The notes: generated from the letters alone by a model not told the origin. Shown: positions 1 through 10,998, counted from the first letter of the stretch. The stretch: DNA of 64,000 bases from an uncultured Actinomycetota bacterium (GCA_963836025.1 CAWIIE010000014.1:8739-72738), one strand, 5' to 3'. Numbers and translations are program-made.

Positions 1-900
1 ATTTCGACCAGCTTGTCCTGGATCAGCTGGAACCCGACCAGCGGCTTGCCGAACTGGTGGCGCTCCTTGGCATACGCCACGGCGATCTCGTATGCGGCGA
101 CGGCGTGCCCGAGCGACCCCCAGGCCACCACGTTGCGCGTGCCGCTGAGCACGCGGCCGGTGTCCTTGAACGAGTTGCGCGCCGGCCAGCCGGTTCTCCT
201 CTGGGACCCGGCAGTCGGTGATGACGATGTCCGCGTTCCACACCGAGCGCAGCGCCACCTTGCCCTCGATGACTGTCGGCCTGGTAGCCCGGCGTGCCCT
301 TCTCGACCAGGAAGCCCTTGACCTGACCATCGCCCTCGTCGCGCGCCCAGACGACGACAACATCGGCGATGGTCCCGTTGCCGATCCACCGCTTGCGCGC
401 CGTTCAGCACCCAGTCGTCACCCTCGCGCCGCGCCGAGGTCTCAAGTGCGATCGAGTCCGAGCCGTGCGCCGGTTCGGTCAGCGCGAACGCGCCGATCTT
501 CTCCAGCCGGGCCATCTGCGGCAGCCACCGCTGCTTCTGCTCCTCCGAGCCGAGCATGGAGATCGACTTCATCGCCAGACCGCAGTGCACGCCGTAGAAC
601 GTGCCCAGGCTGCCGTCGCCCCGGTTCAGCTCCATGTTCACCAGGCCGGCGGCGATCGGGCTCATAGGCGGGCAGCCGTAGCCCTCGATCCCGTCGCCGA
701 CGATGTCCAGCTTGGCGAGCTTCTCGATGAGCTCGAACGGGAACTCGGCCCGCTCCCAGTAGTCGTTGATGACCGGCAGGACCTCATGGTCGACGAACTG
801 CTGGGTACGCGTCAGATAGTCCCGCTCGGACTCGGTCAGCTGCTCGGCGATCAGGAAGTAGTCGGTGCCTCTTGACCGGCCGATGTCGTCGGTGGTCATC
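1..900 (-). CDS. acyl-CoA dehydrogenase (glutaryl-CoA dehydrogenase-like); the C-terminus runs off the window start
   Basis: The reverse complement of 841-900 reads ATG ACC ACC GAC GAC ATC GGC (MTTDDIGRSRGTDYFLIAEQL...). The frame stays open to position 1, with ACAD-like motifs (FALTEPAHGSD, GNGTIADVVVVWAR). The six-frame list omits it because there is no stop inside the window. Confidence 0.8.
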
Positions 901-1030
901 AGCACTCCTCATCTCGAGTCACCGCGTAGCCAGAGCGCGGTATGCGCCGATGCTGCCACGTGCCAGCCGGACACGCGACGAACAGGGATGGGGTCACGCT
1001 GCGGCGGCCGTGGGCATCGACGCGTCGCCT

Positions 1031-2236
1031 TCAACGCGCACGGCCGCGGTGGTCATCAGCGATGACGGCCGCGTCACCGGGGAACCCGAACAGCACCCCG
1101 GAGCCGCGGCGTTGCAGCCACGGCATGCCAAGGAAGTACAGCCCAGGCACATCCGAAACCAAGCCGCGGTGGACGGGGACTGCCCAGCCGTCGACCGGGA
1201 CCGGCTCGACCCAGGACAGATCGCAGCCGAACCCACAGGCCCAGATCACTGAGGTGATGCCCGCATCCCGCAGGTCGAGCGTCTCGTGGTGTTCGACCAC
1301 GCAGGGCTCCTCTGTTGGATCGACGGTGTCGGCGGCGGCATCGATCCCGTGCGACTCGATGTAGCCGTGGATGAGTCCGCGGAGGGCAGCGGCGCCCTGG
1401 TCGCCGAAGGCGATGGCCTCAGCGACCGAACCCGCGAAGGTCAGCACATCGCCATCGATGCCATCCAACTTGGGGAGCAGCGTGACGCCCTCGCCGGCCA
1501 ACGCCTGGAGGCTGAGCGAGCGGCCACCGGGAGCAATGACCGGCTGCGCGAGCCGCAGCAACCCAGGATCAGGCAACTGGTCCGGTCGCACGTCGTAGAA
1601 ACCGAGCTCGACGAGCCAGGCAATTGTGTCGCGGCCACGCGTCAGCCAGGGCATCCGCCACGCCCTGCTCGTTGACAGGTACGTCCGGCGCCCCGACCGA
1701 ATGAGGTCCTCGGCGATCTGCGCCCCAGACTGCCCGCCGCCCACGACCAGGACCGCCCCGTCGGGCAGGTCAGCCGCGTGCTGGTAGTCGCTGCTGTAGA
1801 TCTGAGCCAGCCTCGCGGGCAGGCGTGGGTCCACACTCGAGCGCTTCGAAACGTTGAGTCCACCACTTGCTATGACAACCGCCGAAGCGGCCAATTCGCC
1901 GTCGGTGGTCTCGAGAGCGAATCGGTCGCCGGCTCGACGCAGCCGAGTCACCTCAAGGTGTTCGCGGACGGGCAGCGCCGCCGCCACCTCCTCGAGGCCG
2001 GCGACCATCTCGGCTCGAGTGGCGAACCCGTTCGGCTCGGGCCCGGCGGCATCGGCAACGACACCGTTCATCCAGGCCGGTGTGTTGAGCCTGAACGAGT
2101 CCCAACGCTGGGTGCGCCAAACCTCGCCGATGCGGCCACGCTCGAGAATGAAGTGATCGATCCCCCGACCGGCCAACTCGAGGCCCATCGTCAGTCCGGC
2201 CGGGCCGGCGCCCACGACGGCCACCTCGGTACGCAT
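1031..2236 (-). CDS. FAD/NAD(P)-binding oxidoreductase (flavin-containing monooxygenase / CzcO-like)
   Basis: 401-aa ORF. N-terminal GxGxxG motif (VAVVGAGPAGL) and a second dinucleotide motif (VLVVGGGQSGAQIAEDL). High GC3. Confidence 0.8.
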   Translation of the reverse strand: MRTEVAVVGAGPAGLTMGLELAGRGIDHFILERGRIGEVWRTQRWDSFRLNTPAWMNGVVADAAGPEPNGFATRAEMVAGLEEVAAALPVREHLEVTRLRRAGDRFALETTDGELAASAVVIASGGLNVSKRSSVDPRLPARLAQIYSSDYQHAADLPDGAVLVVGGGQSGAQIAEDLIRSGRRTYLSTSRAWRMPWLTRGRDTIAWLVELGFYDVRPDQLPDPGLLRLAQPVIAPGGRSLSLQALAGEGVTLLPKLDGIDGDVLTFAGSVAEAIAFGDQGAAALRGLIHGYIESHGIDAAADTVDPTEEPCVVEHHETLDLRDAGITSVIWACGFGCDLSWVEPVPVDGWAVPVHRGLVSDVPGLYFLGMPWLQRRGSGVLFGFPGDAAVIADDHRGRAR

Positions 2237-2354
2237 CGTCGAACCTTGCCAACGACGCCGGTGTTGGCGTCAAGCCGTTTATGTCGAGATCGGCGGGTGC
2301 CGTTCGTCGAAGGGGTGGCCGGGCAGGGTGCGCGGCCAGCTAGAGGAGGAAGTT

Positions 2355-2678
2355 ATGACCAAGTTCCTGCTGCTGTACCGCGGCCCCGCCACACCGATGG
2401 AGAACTTCACGCCCGAGGAGGCCGCCGAGCAGCTGGCCGCCTGGAAGGGCTGGCAGGACCGGGTCGGCTCCGCGCTGGTCGACTTCGGGGCACCATTCGG
2501 GACCCGGTCGGCCGTGGCTGACGACGGATCAAGTCCGGACCCGAGCGACCAGAACGGCTACTCGATCGTCGAGGCCAATAGCATCGACGACGCCCGCGCG
2601 CTGGTCGACGGCCACCCGTTCTTGGCCGAGGGCAAGGGCCAGTTCAGCATCGAGGTCTTCGAGCTCGTGCCGATGTAG
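2355..2678 (+). CDS. YciI-like (YCII-related domain) protein
   Basis: MTKFLLLYRGP... about 107 aa. A GAGGAGGA RBS lies 5 nt upstream of the ATG at 2355. The tool's GTG at 2328 is an upstream extension. Confidence 0.65.
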   Translation: MTKFLLLYRGPATPMENFTPEEAAEQLAAWKGWQDRVGSALVDFGAPFGTRSAVADDGSSPDPSDQNGYSIVEANSIDDARALVDGHPFLAEGKGQFSIEVFELVPM

Positions 2679-2692
2679 GAGACGGTTCGCGA

Positions 2693-3428
2693 CTACACGT
2701 TGTGGGGACGCTCGCCGGCGGCCGCCAGCGCCTTGGCGGCCTCGGCGGGCGTGATGACGTAGCTGTGCAGCAGCGCGGCCAAGGCACCACCGACGAGCGG
2801 TCCGATGATCCAGGAGGGAGCGCCGCCCCACTCCCCGCTGACCAGCGCGGGCCCGAAACCGCGCGCCGGGTTCAGCGCACCACCGGTGGATGGGCCGATC
2901 GCGAGGATGCCCACGGTGATTGTGAGACCGATGGCGAACGGGTACACCGACGCTGGCGCCTTGGCGTCCACCGCGGTGCCGAATACGACGATGACGAGGA
3001 AGAAGGTGGCGATGGCCTCGAGCACGATCGCGGTGAACATCGCAACGCCGTCAGCGACGACCGGGGTTCCGGCTGCAACGACGTCGTTGTCGAAGCAGGC
3101 CGCCACCAGAAGTGCCGCCAGCAACCCACCGAGCAGCTGAGCGATCCAGTACAGGACTGCTGTGCTCGCGTGGATCTTCCCGCCCAGCAAGACCCCCAAC
3201 GTCACCGCCGGGTTGAAGTGCCCGCCTGAGATGTGGCCGAAGGCGGCGATCATGACGGCGATCGCTAGGCCGTGCGCGAACGCAACGCCGAGCAGACCAC
3301 CACCGGGTGTGTCGGCCAGATTCTGGATGGCCAGGATGCCGATGAAGCACAGAGTGAAGACACCCAGCGCCTCCGCGATCGCATCGCCCAACGAAGTGCG
3401 TAGATCAAGCATGTCGAGGTCCTCCATG
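2693..3428 (-). CDS. MIP-family channel (aquaporin / glycerol facilitator)
   Basis: Two NPA boxes (GHFNPAVTLG and GALNPARGFG) and six hydrophobic segments. The likely start is MEDLDML at 3428. The 5' part of the 325-aa ORF is an unlikely extension. Confidence 0.9.
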
Positions 3429-3509
3429 AGGCGGCCAGTTCTGGCAGGTACCAGCATGCTCCGGCAGATCGGGAAAACGCGACGCGACAGGCGCGTGTTC
3501 GCCTTGAAA

Positions 3510-5963
3510 TTAGATCTTGACCCGCAGCATCTGCGGGTCGTGCAGCGGACGCAACGAGGCGATGCACGGGTACATCCGGCCAGCGATGTCGACGGTCCAA
3601 TCGGCGCCGTCCAGGTATGCCTGGTTGACCGGCTCGCCCGCCCCCACCATGACCAGCCCGACCGCCCCACCGACCGTGTGACCGTAGGACGCCGCCCGTA
3701 CGTAGCCGACGGCCTTGCCGTCGCGAAACACCGGCTCAGCGTGGAACATCATCGGCTCCGGGTCCGTGACAAGGATCTGGACCAGCCGCCGGGTCAGCGG
3801 CCCTTCGGCCTTCTTGGCCAGCACCGCTTCTCGGCCGATGAACGGCTTGCTGAGGTCGACCGCGAATCCCAGCCCTGCCTCCAGCACCGAGTCGGTGTTG
3901 TCGATGTCGTGGCCGTAGTCGCGGTAGCCCTTCTCCATCCGCAGGCTGGCTAGTGCCTTGAGCCCAGCGGGCCGCATACCAAGCTGGTTGCCGGCGGTCA
4001 CGACCCGGTCATAGACGTGCGTCGCTTGCTCCACCGGGATGTAGAGCTCGTAGCCCAGCTCGCCCACATACGTGATGCGGATGCACAACACTCGGGCGAA
4101 CCCAATGTCGATCTCACGTGCCGTGCGGAACGGGAAGGCATCGTTGGACACGTCCGCGGCGGTGACCGCCTGCAGCACCTCACGTGACCGCGGGCCTTGG
4201 ACGTTGAGCTGCGCGTATGCAGCGGTCACGTCGGCGACGGAGGCGCGGGTGTCGCCGTCCAGGTGGCGGCGCATCCAGGTCTCGACGTGCTGGTATGCGG
4301 TGTCCGACGCGACTACCCAGAACCGGTCGTCGTCGAGCTTGCTCACGGTCAGGTCGGCTTCGAGGCTGCCGGCCTCGTTGAGCCACTGCGTGTAGGTGAT
4401 CTGGTCGACCGCGCCGTCTACATGGTTCGCGGAGAGGTGGTCGAGGAAGCGGCCGGCATCCGTGCCCTGGACCAGGAACTTCGACATGAAAGACATGTCC
4501 ATGCAGATCACGCCATCGCGCGCCGCGCGGTGTTCGGCCGCCCAGAACGGGAACCAGTTCTGCCGGCCCCATGACAGCCGCTCTACGACGGGTTCCTGGC
4601 CGTCGGGTGCATACCAGTCCGGCGACTCCCACCCGCTGACGTCTCGGAAGTACGCACCGCGCGCTGCGAGCCGGTCGTGCCACGGAGCCCGCTTCGCACC
4701 TCGCGCAGTCTGCGGTGACTTCGTCGGGTAGTGACATTGATAGACCTGGCCGAGCGACTCCACAGTCCGTGCCCGCAGGTAATCCGGGTTCGCCTGGTAG
4801 GTGTGCAGGCGGTCGATGTTGAAGCCGGTGATGTCGACGTCGGGTCGGCCGGCCACGATCCACTGTGCGAGCGCGCGCCCGAGCCCGCCGCCCGTGAGGA
4901 TGCCGATCGAGTTGAGCCCGGCAGCCACGAAGTAGTTCCGCACTTCGGGTGCCTCACCGACAACCGGTTGCAGATCCGGGGTGAAGCTCTCCGGTCCGCA
5001 GAACAACTTCTTCAGGCCCACTTCCATCGAGATCGGTACGCGCTGCATCGCGGTCTCGAGGTAGGGACCCATGCGTTCCCAGTCCGGCGGGATCTCGCCG
5101 AAGGAGAAGTCGTCGGGGATACCGCCAACGTTCCACGGCGCGCAGACCGGCTCGAACATCCCGAGCATCAGGCCGCCGCTCTCCTCCCGGAAGTAGCCGT
5201 ACGACGCCGGGTCCTCGAGCACGGGCCACGTGTTCGAGATCTCGGGGATCCGCTCGGTGAGCAGGTAGTAGTGCTCGGCCGCCTGGAGCGGGATGTTCAC
5301 CCGGTTCTTGGCCCCGAGCTGGCGGGCCCACATCCCCGCGCAGTTGACGACGTACTCCGTCTCGATGTCGCCGTAGGGAGTGCGCACCCCGGACACCGCC
5401 CCGCGACTCGTGAGCACCTCCGTGACCGGGACGCTTTCGACGATCGTGGCCCCGGCAAGTCGGGCACCCTTGACCAGCGCCATGGTGGCGTCGACCGGGT
5501 TGGCCCGACCGTCCTCGGCGACGTAGAAGCCCGCGAGGATGTCGTCGGTGCGCGCCAGCGGGAAGAGCTCGCCGACTTCTCGCGGCGAGATCTCGTGCAC
5601 GTCCACCCCGCAGTAGCGGTTGAACGAGGACACCCGCCGGTACTCCTCCAGGCGGTCCTCGTCGGTTGCGACCTCGATGAAACCGATCGGCATGAAGCCG
5701 GTCGACTGACCGGTCTCCGCCTCGAGCCGCGAATACAAGTCGCGGGTGTACTTGCGAAACTCGGTCGAAGTCTCCGAGGTCGAGCCGAACGTGACCATCA
5801 GCCCGGCCGCGTGCCAGGTCGTGCCACAGGTGAGCTGATCGCGTTCGAGCAGCACAATGTCGGACCAGCCCATATGCGCCAGGTGGTATGCGACCGATGT
5901 GCCGATGACGCCACCGCCGATCACCACAACGCGTGCGCGTTGCGGCACCGCCTGAACGGACAT
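3510..5963 (-). CDS. dimethylglycine/sarcosine dehydrogenase family flavoprotein (DAO domain plus GcvT-like folate-binding domain)
   Basis: MSVQAVPQRARVVVIGGGVIGTSVAYHLA (FAD-binding fold), about 815 aa. The C-terminal half has aminomethyltransferase-like segments (YVGELGYELYIP). Confidence 0.85.
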   Translation of the reverse strand: MSVQAVPQRARVVVIGGGVIGTSVAYHLAHMGWSDIVLLERDQLTCGTTWHAAGLMVTFGSTSETSTEFRKYTRDLYSRLEAETGQSTGFMPIGFIEVATDEDRLEEYRRVSSFNRYCGVDVHEISPREVGELFPLARTDDILAGFYVAEDGRANPVDATMALVKGARLAGATIVESVPVTEVLTSRGAVSGVRTPYGDIETEYVVNCAGMWARQLGAKNRVNIPLQAAEHYYLLTERIPEISNTWPVLEDPASYGYFREESGGLMLGMFEPVCAPWNVGGIPDDFSFGEIPPDWERMGPYLETAMQRVPISMEVGLKKLFCGPESFTPDLQPVVGEAPEVRNYFVAAGLNSIGILTGGGLGRALAQWIVAGRPDVDITGFNIDRLHTYQANPDYLRARTVESLGQVYQCHYPTKSPQTARGAKRAPWHDRLAARGAYFRDVSGWESPDWYAPDGQEPVVERLSWGRQNWFPFWAAEHRAARDGVICMDMSFMSKFLVQGTDAGRFLDHLSANHVDGAVDQITYTQWLNEAGSLEADLTVSKLDDDRFWVVASDTAYQHVETWMRRHLDGDTRASVADVTAAYAQLNVQGPRSREVLQAVTAADVSNDAFPFRTAREIDIGFARVLCIRITYVGELGYELYIPVEQATHVYDRVVTAGNQLGMRPAGLKALASLRMEKGYRDYGHDIDNTDSVLEAGLGFAVDLSKPFIGREAVLAKKAEGPLTRRLVQILVTDPEPMMFHAEPVFRDGKAVGYVRAASYGHTVGGAVGLVMVGAGEPVNQAYLDGADWTVDIAGRMYPCIASLRPLHDPQMLRVKI

Positions 5964-5973
5964 GGCCGGGAGA

Positions 5974-6429
5974 CTACGGCGACGGTGGATCCGGCGACGA
6001 CATGGAACCAAGCCGCTCGCGCCCACAGGCGACAATCGCGGTCAGATCGAGGCCATAGCGCGGGCCACCCTGCGTGTCGTATGCCGCTACGCGGGCGGCA
6101 CCGCGTTCGACGAGCCGGGCCGCCCCGGCCGTGTTGCCCCTCGCGGCGTGCGTGAGCCCGACGCAGATCTGGGCGAGGCCCTGCCAGAGGTCTCGCTCCT
6201 CGGGTGGACCCGCCTTCCACCGAGCCTCGAGCACCTCATGCGCGGCGAACGGGCGACCGTCGTGCACGAGCTGGCGCGCGAATGCCAACGCCTCCAACGG
6301 CGGCAGGGCCTGCTCCGGAACGGGCTCGACACCGTCGCCGGAGTCATACGGCAACGGCCTGCCTAGGGCGTCACGCGGCCGAGCCTGACGCGGTCGGCCG
6401 GCGTCATCGCGATCGCGTTCGCCGCTCAC
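5974..6429 (-). CDS. DUF309-like protein
   Basis: Contains FN/AAHEVLEARW...GLAQICVGLTHAARGN, as in DUF309. The start is probably GTG near 6429. It overlaps the upstream gene by 4 nt, which suggests an operon. Confidence 0.45.
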   Translation of the reverse strand: MSGERDRDDAGRPRQARPRDALGRPLPYDSGDGVEPVPEQALPPLEALAFARQLVHDGRPFAAHEVLEARWKAGPPEERDLWQGLAQICVGLTHAARGNTAGAARLVERGAARVAAYDTQGGPRYGLDLTAIVACGRERLGSMSSPDPPSP

Positions 6430-6791
6430 GGCGTGCCGCCCTGCAGCGTCACTTTCGTTTCGGCGGCAGAGTACGGACGTGTGCCACACCCCGACGCACC
6501 CATGCCGCCAAGTCCGGGTCCGACGCGAACCCCGACGGGCTCCACGATGAGCCACCCCGCCATCGGACGGCCGGTCATGTCCATGCGTCGCGTGTGCGCT
6601 TCGCGCAGCGCCGCGTCCTCATCCGGTGCGGCGAGCCGCACCATGAGGTCACCTCCCTTCATCGCCCCCACACACATGTTGCCGTCGAGCATGAACGCGA
6701 CCCCGCCGAACATCGCGCGCTCACTGACTCCGCGCTCACTCGCAAGCTGCTCCCGTAGCCGTTCCACGAGCTCCTCGTCATAACCGGGCAT
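6426..6791 (-). CDS. TfoX N-terminal domain protein
   Basis: 121 aa. MFGGVAFMLDGNMCVGAMKGGDLMVRL is typical of TfoX_N. Confidence 0.6.
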   Translation of the reverse strand: MPGYDEELVERLREQLASERGVSERAMFGGVAFMLDGNMCVGAMKGGDLMVRLAAPDEDAALREAHTRRMDMTGRPMAGWLIVEPVGVRVGPGLGGMGASGCGTRPYSAAETKVTLQGGTP

Positions 6792-6828
6792 AGATCATGG
6801 TTGCACTCGTCGGATGAACGGCTGAGCC

Positions 6829-7617
6829 TTAGATGCCCTGCAGCGCGGCCGGGGACTCTGGAAGCACCTGCCCGCCATCAATGACGATCGTCTGACCGGT
6901 GATATAGCCGGCCTCGTCGGTGGCGAGGAACAGCGCGGCGTAGCCGACGTCCTCGACGGCGCCGATCCGGTGCTGAGGAATGCCGGCCTCCGTCTCGCGC
7001 AGGTAGTCGTCACCCAGCTCGGCGAGTGCCTCGGTGAAGATGTTGCCAGGCATGATCGCGTTGATGGTGATCCGCTTCGGCGCCAGCTCGATAGCAGCCG
7101 TGCGCAGGAATCCCAGCTGAGCCGACTTGCTGGCGCCGTAGTGCGACCAACCCGGGTAGCCGGTGATCGGGCCGGTGATCGACGAGGTGACGACCACCCG
7201 GCCACGCCCACTTGCCTCGAGTGCCGGCAGGCAGGCTTGGACGGCAAAGATCGTGCCCTTCAGATTGCAGCCGAGGACATCGTCGATGTCCTCCTCGCTC
7301 AGATCCACCAGCGCCTTGTTCGGCATGGTTCCGGCATTGGCACACAGGACGTCGACTGCGCCGAACCTCTCCACGGCGAACTCGGCCATTCGTCGGCAGT
7401 CCTCGACCCGCGAGACATCTGTCGCGATCGTCGCGACCTCGCCCTCACCCTCCTTGGCCAAGTCGTCGGCGGATGTCACCAAGGTGGCTTCGTCCCGGGC
7501 GGCGATCAGAACGTTCGCGTGAGCCCGGGCAAACACCCGCGCAATTCCCTTGCCAATGCCCTTACTTCCGCCAGTGACGACGACCGTACGCCCGGTCAAC
7601 GATGTCGAACACGCCAC
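6829..7617 (-). CDS. SDR-family oxidoreductase (FabG-like)
   Basis: [19 protein letters not shown] (TGxxxGxG) and [11 protein letters not shown] (YxxxK catalytic motif). 262 aa. Confidence 0.85.
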   Translation of the reverse strand: MACSTSLTGRTVVVTGGSKGIGKGIARVFARAHANVLIAARDEATLVTSADDLAKEGEGEVATIATDVSRVEDCRRMAEFAVERFGAVDVLCANAGTMPNKALVDLSEEDIDDVLGCNLKGTIFAVQACLPALEASGRGRVVVTSSITGPITGYPGWSHYGASKSAQLGFLRTAAIELAPKRITINAIMPGNIFTEALAELGDDYLRETEAGIPQHRIGAVEDVGYAALFLATDEAGYITGQTIVIDGGQVLPESPAALQGI

Positions 7618-7849
7618 CCCCTGCGTCTGCAGCCTGCGCGCGACTGTGACAGATCACTGTCGGGATTGGCAGCCAAAGCCAGAAAATCGCTGGGCCGCGC
7701 GAACACAAGGGTCAGCCGTGCGGCATTCAGTCGCAACGGCTCGCCTCGAGGTATCGACGGGACAGCCGCGCGGTCGTACGTCAGGCGGGTCCGTGGCCGA
7801 ACCGACAGCGGTTCGTAGCGCCGGCGCAACGCATCAAGGGAGGCTTTCG

Positions 7850-8459
7850 ATGTTCGTCCAGGTGATCCAGGGCAAGGTCGCCGATCGAGCGGCAGTCCGG
7901 GCCGCGTTCGACCGCTGGCTTGCGGAGCTGGCGCCCGGCGCTTCCGGGTGGCTGGGCTCGACCGGTGGCGTCACCGAGGACGGTCGGTTCATCGGACTCG
8001 CAAGGTTCGAGTCCGAGGAGGCCGCGCGGCGCAACAGCGACCGGCCGGAGCAGGATGCGTGGTGGGCGGAGACCTCGAAGCTGTTCACCGGAGAGGCCAC
8101 CTTCAAGGACAGTCGCGATGTCGTCGTCGACGTCGCCGGTGACCCGGACACCGCCGGCTTCGTCCAGGTCATGCAGGGCCGCAGCAGTGATCCGGCGCGG
8201 GCCCGTGAGCTCATGGGTGCAGGACTCCACGGACTGGGCCGCCTACCGGCCCGACATCATCGGCAGCGTCGGCATCGAGCACGACGACGGCGCATACACG
8301 ATGGCGATCTACTTCACCTCCGAGGCGGAGGCGCGCGAGGGCGAGAGCAAGGAGCCACCGCCCGAGCTCAAGGCGCAGATGGAGGAGATGGACGCGCTCA
8401 GCGTCGGGGAGACCGAGTTCTTCGACCTCAAGGACCCTTGGCTGCACTCGGCGCGGTGA
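7850..8459 (+). CDS. protein with two tandem ABM-like (antibiotic biosynthesis monooxygenase-like) repeats; apparent frameshift near 8215
   Basis: An AGGGAGG RBS precedes ATG 7850. Repeat 1 (MFVQVIQGK...GRFIGLARFESEEAARRN) is in the tool's frame. Repeat 2 (GFVQVMQGR ... GAYTMAIYFTSEAEAREG) continues in the +1 frame and ends at TGA 8459. The first frame has no stop before prpE. Confidence 0.5.
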
Positions 8460-10345
8460 CCGCGCGCGTGGGCGAGTACCGCAGCAACTACGACCGCAGC
8501 CTGGCCGACCCCGCCGGGTTTTGGGCTGAGGCCGCGCGGCTGGTGACCTGGCGGCACGAGCCGTCGGTCATCCTCGACGACCAGCGACCGCCGTTCTACC
8601 GCTGGTTCACCGACGGCGTGCTCAACACCTGCGAGAACGCGCTCGACCGGCACGTCGCGACCGGCCGTGGCGGGCAGACCGCGCTGATCTACGACAGCCC
8701 GGTCGCGCAGGTACAACGGCGTTACACCTACGCCGAGCTGCTCGACGAGACCGCGCGGTTCGCTGGCGTGCTGCGCTCACTCGGGGTCTCGCCGGGCGAC
8801 CGGGTCGTCATCTACCTGCCGATGGTGCCCGAAGCGGCGATCGCGATGCTGGCGTGCGCGCGCCTCGGCGCCGTGCACTCGGTCGTCTTCGGCGGCTTCG
8901 CGGCCAACGAGCTGGCGCTGCGCATCGACGACGCGCAGCCGAAGGTCGTGGTGACGGCGTCGTGTGGGTTGGAGGCGGGCCGGGTCATCGAGTACATGCC
9001 GTTGCTGGAACGTGCGATCGAGCTGGCCGCGCATCGGCCCGATCGGGTGGTCGTGCTCGCGCGGCCGCAGGCAGCTGCCCACCTGACACCGGGGCGCGAC
9101 GTCGACTGGGCCGAGCTGATGCGGGATGCGCAGCCGGTCGACCCGGTTCCGGTCGCGGCCACCGACCCGCTGTACGTGCTCTACACCTCGGGCACCACCG
9201 CCAAGCCCAAGGGCGTCGTTCGGGACAACGGCGGTCACGCGGTCGCCCTCGCCTGGAGTATGGCCAACATCTACGGCGTCGGCGCGGGCGATGTCTGGTG
9301 GGCAGCATCGGACGTCGGCTGGGTCGTCGGCCACTCCTACATCGTGTATGCGCCGCTGCTCGTCGGCGCGACGACCGTGCTGTATGAGGGGAAACCGGTC
9401 GGCACGCCAGACGCCGGCGCGTTCTGGCGCGTGGTGGCGGAGTACGGCGTCAAGGCGCTGTTCACCGCACCAACGGCGATCAGGGCCATCAAGAAGGAAG
9501 ACCCCAACGGCGAGCTGCTCGCGGCGCATGACGTGTCGTCGCTGACCACGCTGTTCCTCGCGGGTGAGCGGCTGGACCCGGACACGTGGACATGGGCCAC
9601 CGAGCGGCTGAACGTCCCGGTGGTGGACCACTGGTGGCAGACCGAGACCGGCTGGCCGGTCGCCGCGAACCTGCGTGGGCTCGAACCGATGCCGATCAAG
9701 CCCGGGTCTCCGACCGTGCCGGTCCCGGGGTACGACGTCCGCATCCTCGACCCGCACGGCGTCGAAGTCGGCCCCGGTGTGGAGGGGGCGATCTGCATCA
9801 AGCTGCCGCTGCCGCCGGGAACGCTGCCCACGTTGTGGCGGGACGATGCCCGGTTCGTCTCCTCGTACTTGTCCGCGTTCGACGGCTACTACCTCACCGG
9901 TGACGGTGGGTACGTCGACGAAGACGGTTACCTGTTCGTCATGGGCCGCACCGACGACGTCATCAACGTCGCTGGCCATCGCCTGTCCACCGGGTCGATG
10001 GAGGCCGCACTTGCCGGCCATCCGGCGGTGGCCGAGTGCGCGGTGATCGGGGTCCACGACGAGCTCAAGGGGTCGGTCCCGCGCGGCCTGGTCGTGCTCA
10101 AGGCCGGTGTCGACGTCGACATCGAGGAACTCAAGGCGCAGCTGATCGCCCGGGTGCGCAACGAGATCGGTGCGGTTGCGGCCTTCAAGCAGGTGGACGT
10201 TGTGCCGGGGTTGCCGAAGACGCGCTCGGGCAAGATCCTCCGCCGCTCGTTGCGCGCAATCGCTGAGGGGCGGGACGAGCCGGTGCCAGCAACCATCGAC
10301 GACCCGACGATCCTCGACACCCTGCGCACCATGATCACGAGTTGA
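8456..10345 (+). CDS. AMP-forming acyl-CoA synthetase of the acetyl/propionyl-CoA synthetase family (PrpE-like, about 629 aa)
   Basis: EYRSNYDRSLADPAGFWAEAARLVTWRHEP N-terminus, YTSGTTAKPKGV AMP-binding motif, C-terminal PKTRSGKILRR. The GTG start at 8456 overlaps the upstream stop. The tool's 931-aa ORF is a 5' over-extension. Confidence 0.8.
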   Translation: MTARVGEYRSNYDRSLADPAGFWAEAARLVTWRHEPSVILDDQRPPFYRWFTDGVLNTCENALDRHVATGRGGQTALIYDSPVAQVQRRYTYAELLDETARFAGVLRSLGVSPGDRVVIYLPMVPEAAIAMLACARLGAVHSVVFGGFAANELALRIDDAQPKVVVTASCGLEAGRVIEYMPLLERAIELAAHRPDRVVVLARPQAAAHLTPGRDVDWAELMRDAQPVDPVPVAATDPLYVLYTSGTTAKPKGVVRDNGGHAVALAWSMANIYGVGAGDVWWAASDVGWVVGHSYIVYAPLLVGATTVLYEGKPVGTPDAGAFWRVVAEYGVKALFTAPTAIRAIKKEDPNGELLAAHDVSSLTTLFLAGERLDPDTWTWATERLNVPVVDHWWQTETGWPVAANLRGLEPMPIKPGSPTVPVPGYDVRILDPHGVEVGPGVEGAICIKLPLPPGTLPTLWRDDARFVSSYLSAFDGYYLTGDGGYVDEDGYLFVMGRTDDVINVAGHRLSTGSMEAALAGHPAVAECAVIGVHDELKGSVPRGLVVLKAGVDVDIEELKAQLIARVRNEIGAVAAFKQVDVVPGLPKTRSGKILRRSLRAIAEGRDEPVPATIDDPTILDTLRTMITS

Positions 10346-10597
10346 GCGCTGAGATCGCACGATAATCGACGATTCGAGCGCGCAGATCGCTATTCGAGAG
10401 CGGCGGCGAACGCCACCACGGCCGAGGCCACGACAAACAGCGCGAGCAGCAGCGGCCAGGCGAAACGTAGGTACTGGCCGTACCCGACCTTGGCGATGGC
10501 GAGCCCGCCGGCTTGTCCCGCCGGCCTTGCCGGGTCGACGCCGGCCTTCCGTCTGGGCCTACACTCCCGAAGATCGCGGCACACACGGGGGAAGTGG

Positions 10598-10960
10598 ATG
10601 GCATCGATCCTGGTTCACATCACGCACGGGCCCGAGGCGCCGACGCGCGCAGCGCTCGGGTTTCTCGTCGCCAAGGCTGCGGCGCAATCGGATCACCAGG
10701 TGACGCTGTTCCTGGCTGGCGACGGAGTGCAGCTGCTCCGGGATGCCGTCTTGGACAACCTCGTCGGGCTCGGCACCGGCCAGCTGCGCGAGTCCTACGA
10801 CGCGATCGTGGCGGCCGGCGGACGGTTCTATCTGTCGGGTATGTCCGCCAAGGCACGCGGTGTGAGCGACGCTGACCTGGCCGGCAAGCCCGCCGAGTTC
10901 GCGATGCCGGACGTGCTGGTTCGACTGTCGCTCGAGGCCGATCGGATGTTCACCTACTAG
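10598..10960 (+). CDS. DsrE/DsrF-like family protein
   Basis: MASILVHITHGPEAPTRAALGFLVAKAAAQSDHQVTLFLAGDGV..., 120 aa. Typical DsrE-fold N-terminus. Confidence 0.55.
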   Translation: MASILVHITHGPEAPTRAALGFLVAKAAAQSDHQVTLFLAGDGVQLLRDAVLDNLVGLGTGQLRESYDAIVAAGGRFYLSGMSAKARGVSDADLAGKPAEFAMPDVLVRLSLEADRMFTY

Positions 10961-10998
10961 CTCGGCCGTCAGGTTGGGTGACAGGCGGCTGATCGATC

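Noticed and set aside
4731-6155. 474-aa plus-strand ORF
   Set aside because: It is antisense to the dimethylglycine-dehydrogenase-like gene and is low complexity.
8777-10360. 527-aa minus-strand ORF
   Set aside because: It is antisense to the strongly supported PrpE-like synthetase. It is Arg/Pro/Gly-rich and low complexity, typical of spurious opposite-strand ORFs in high-GC DNA.
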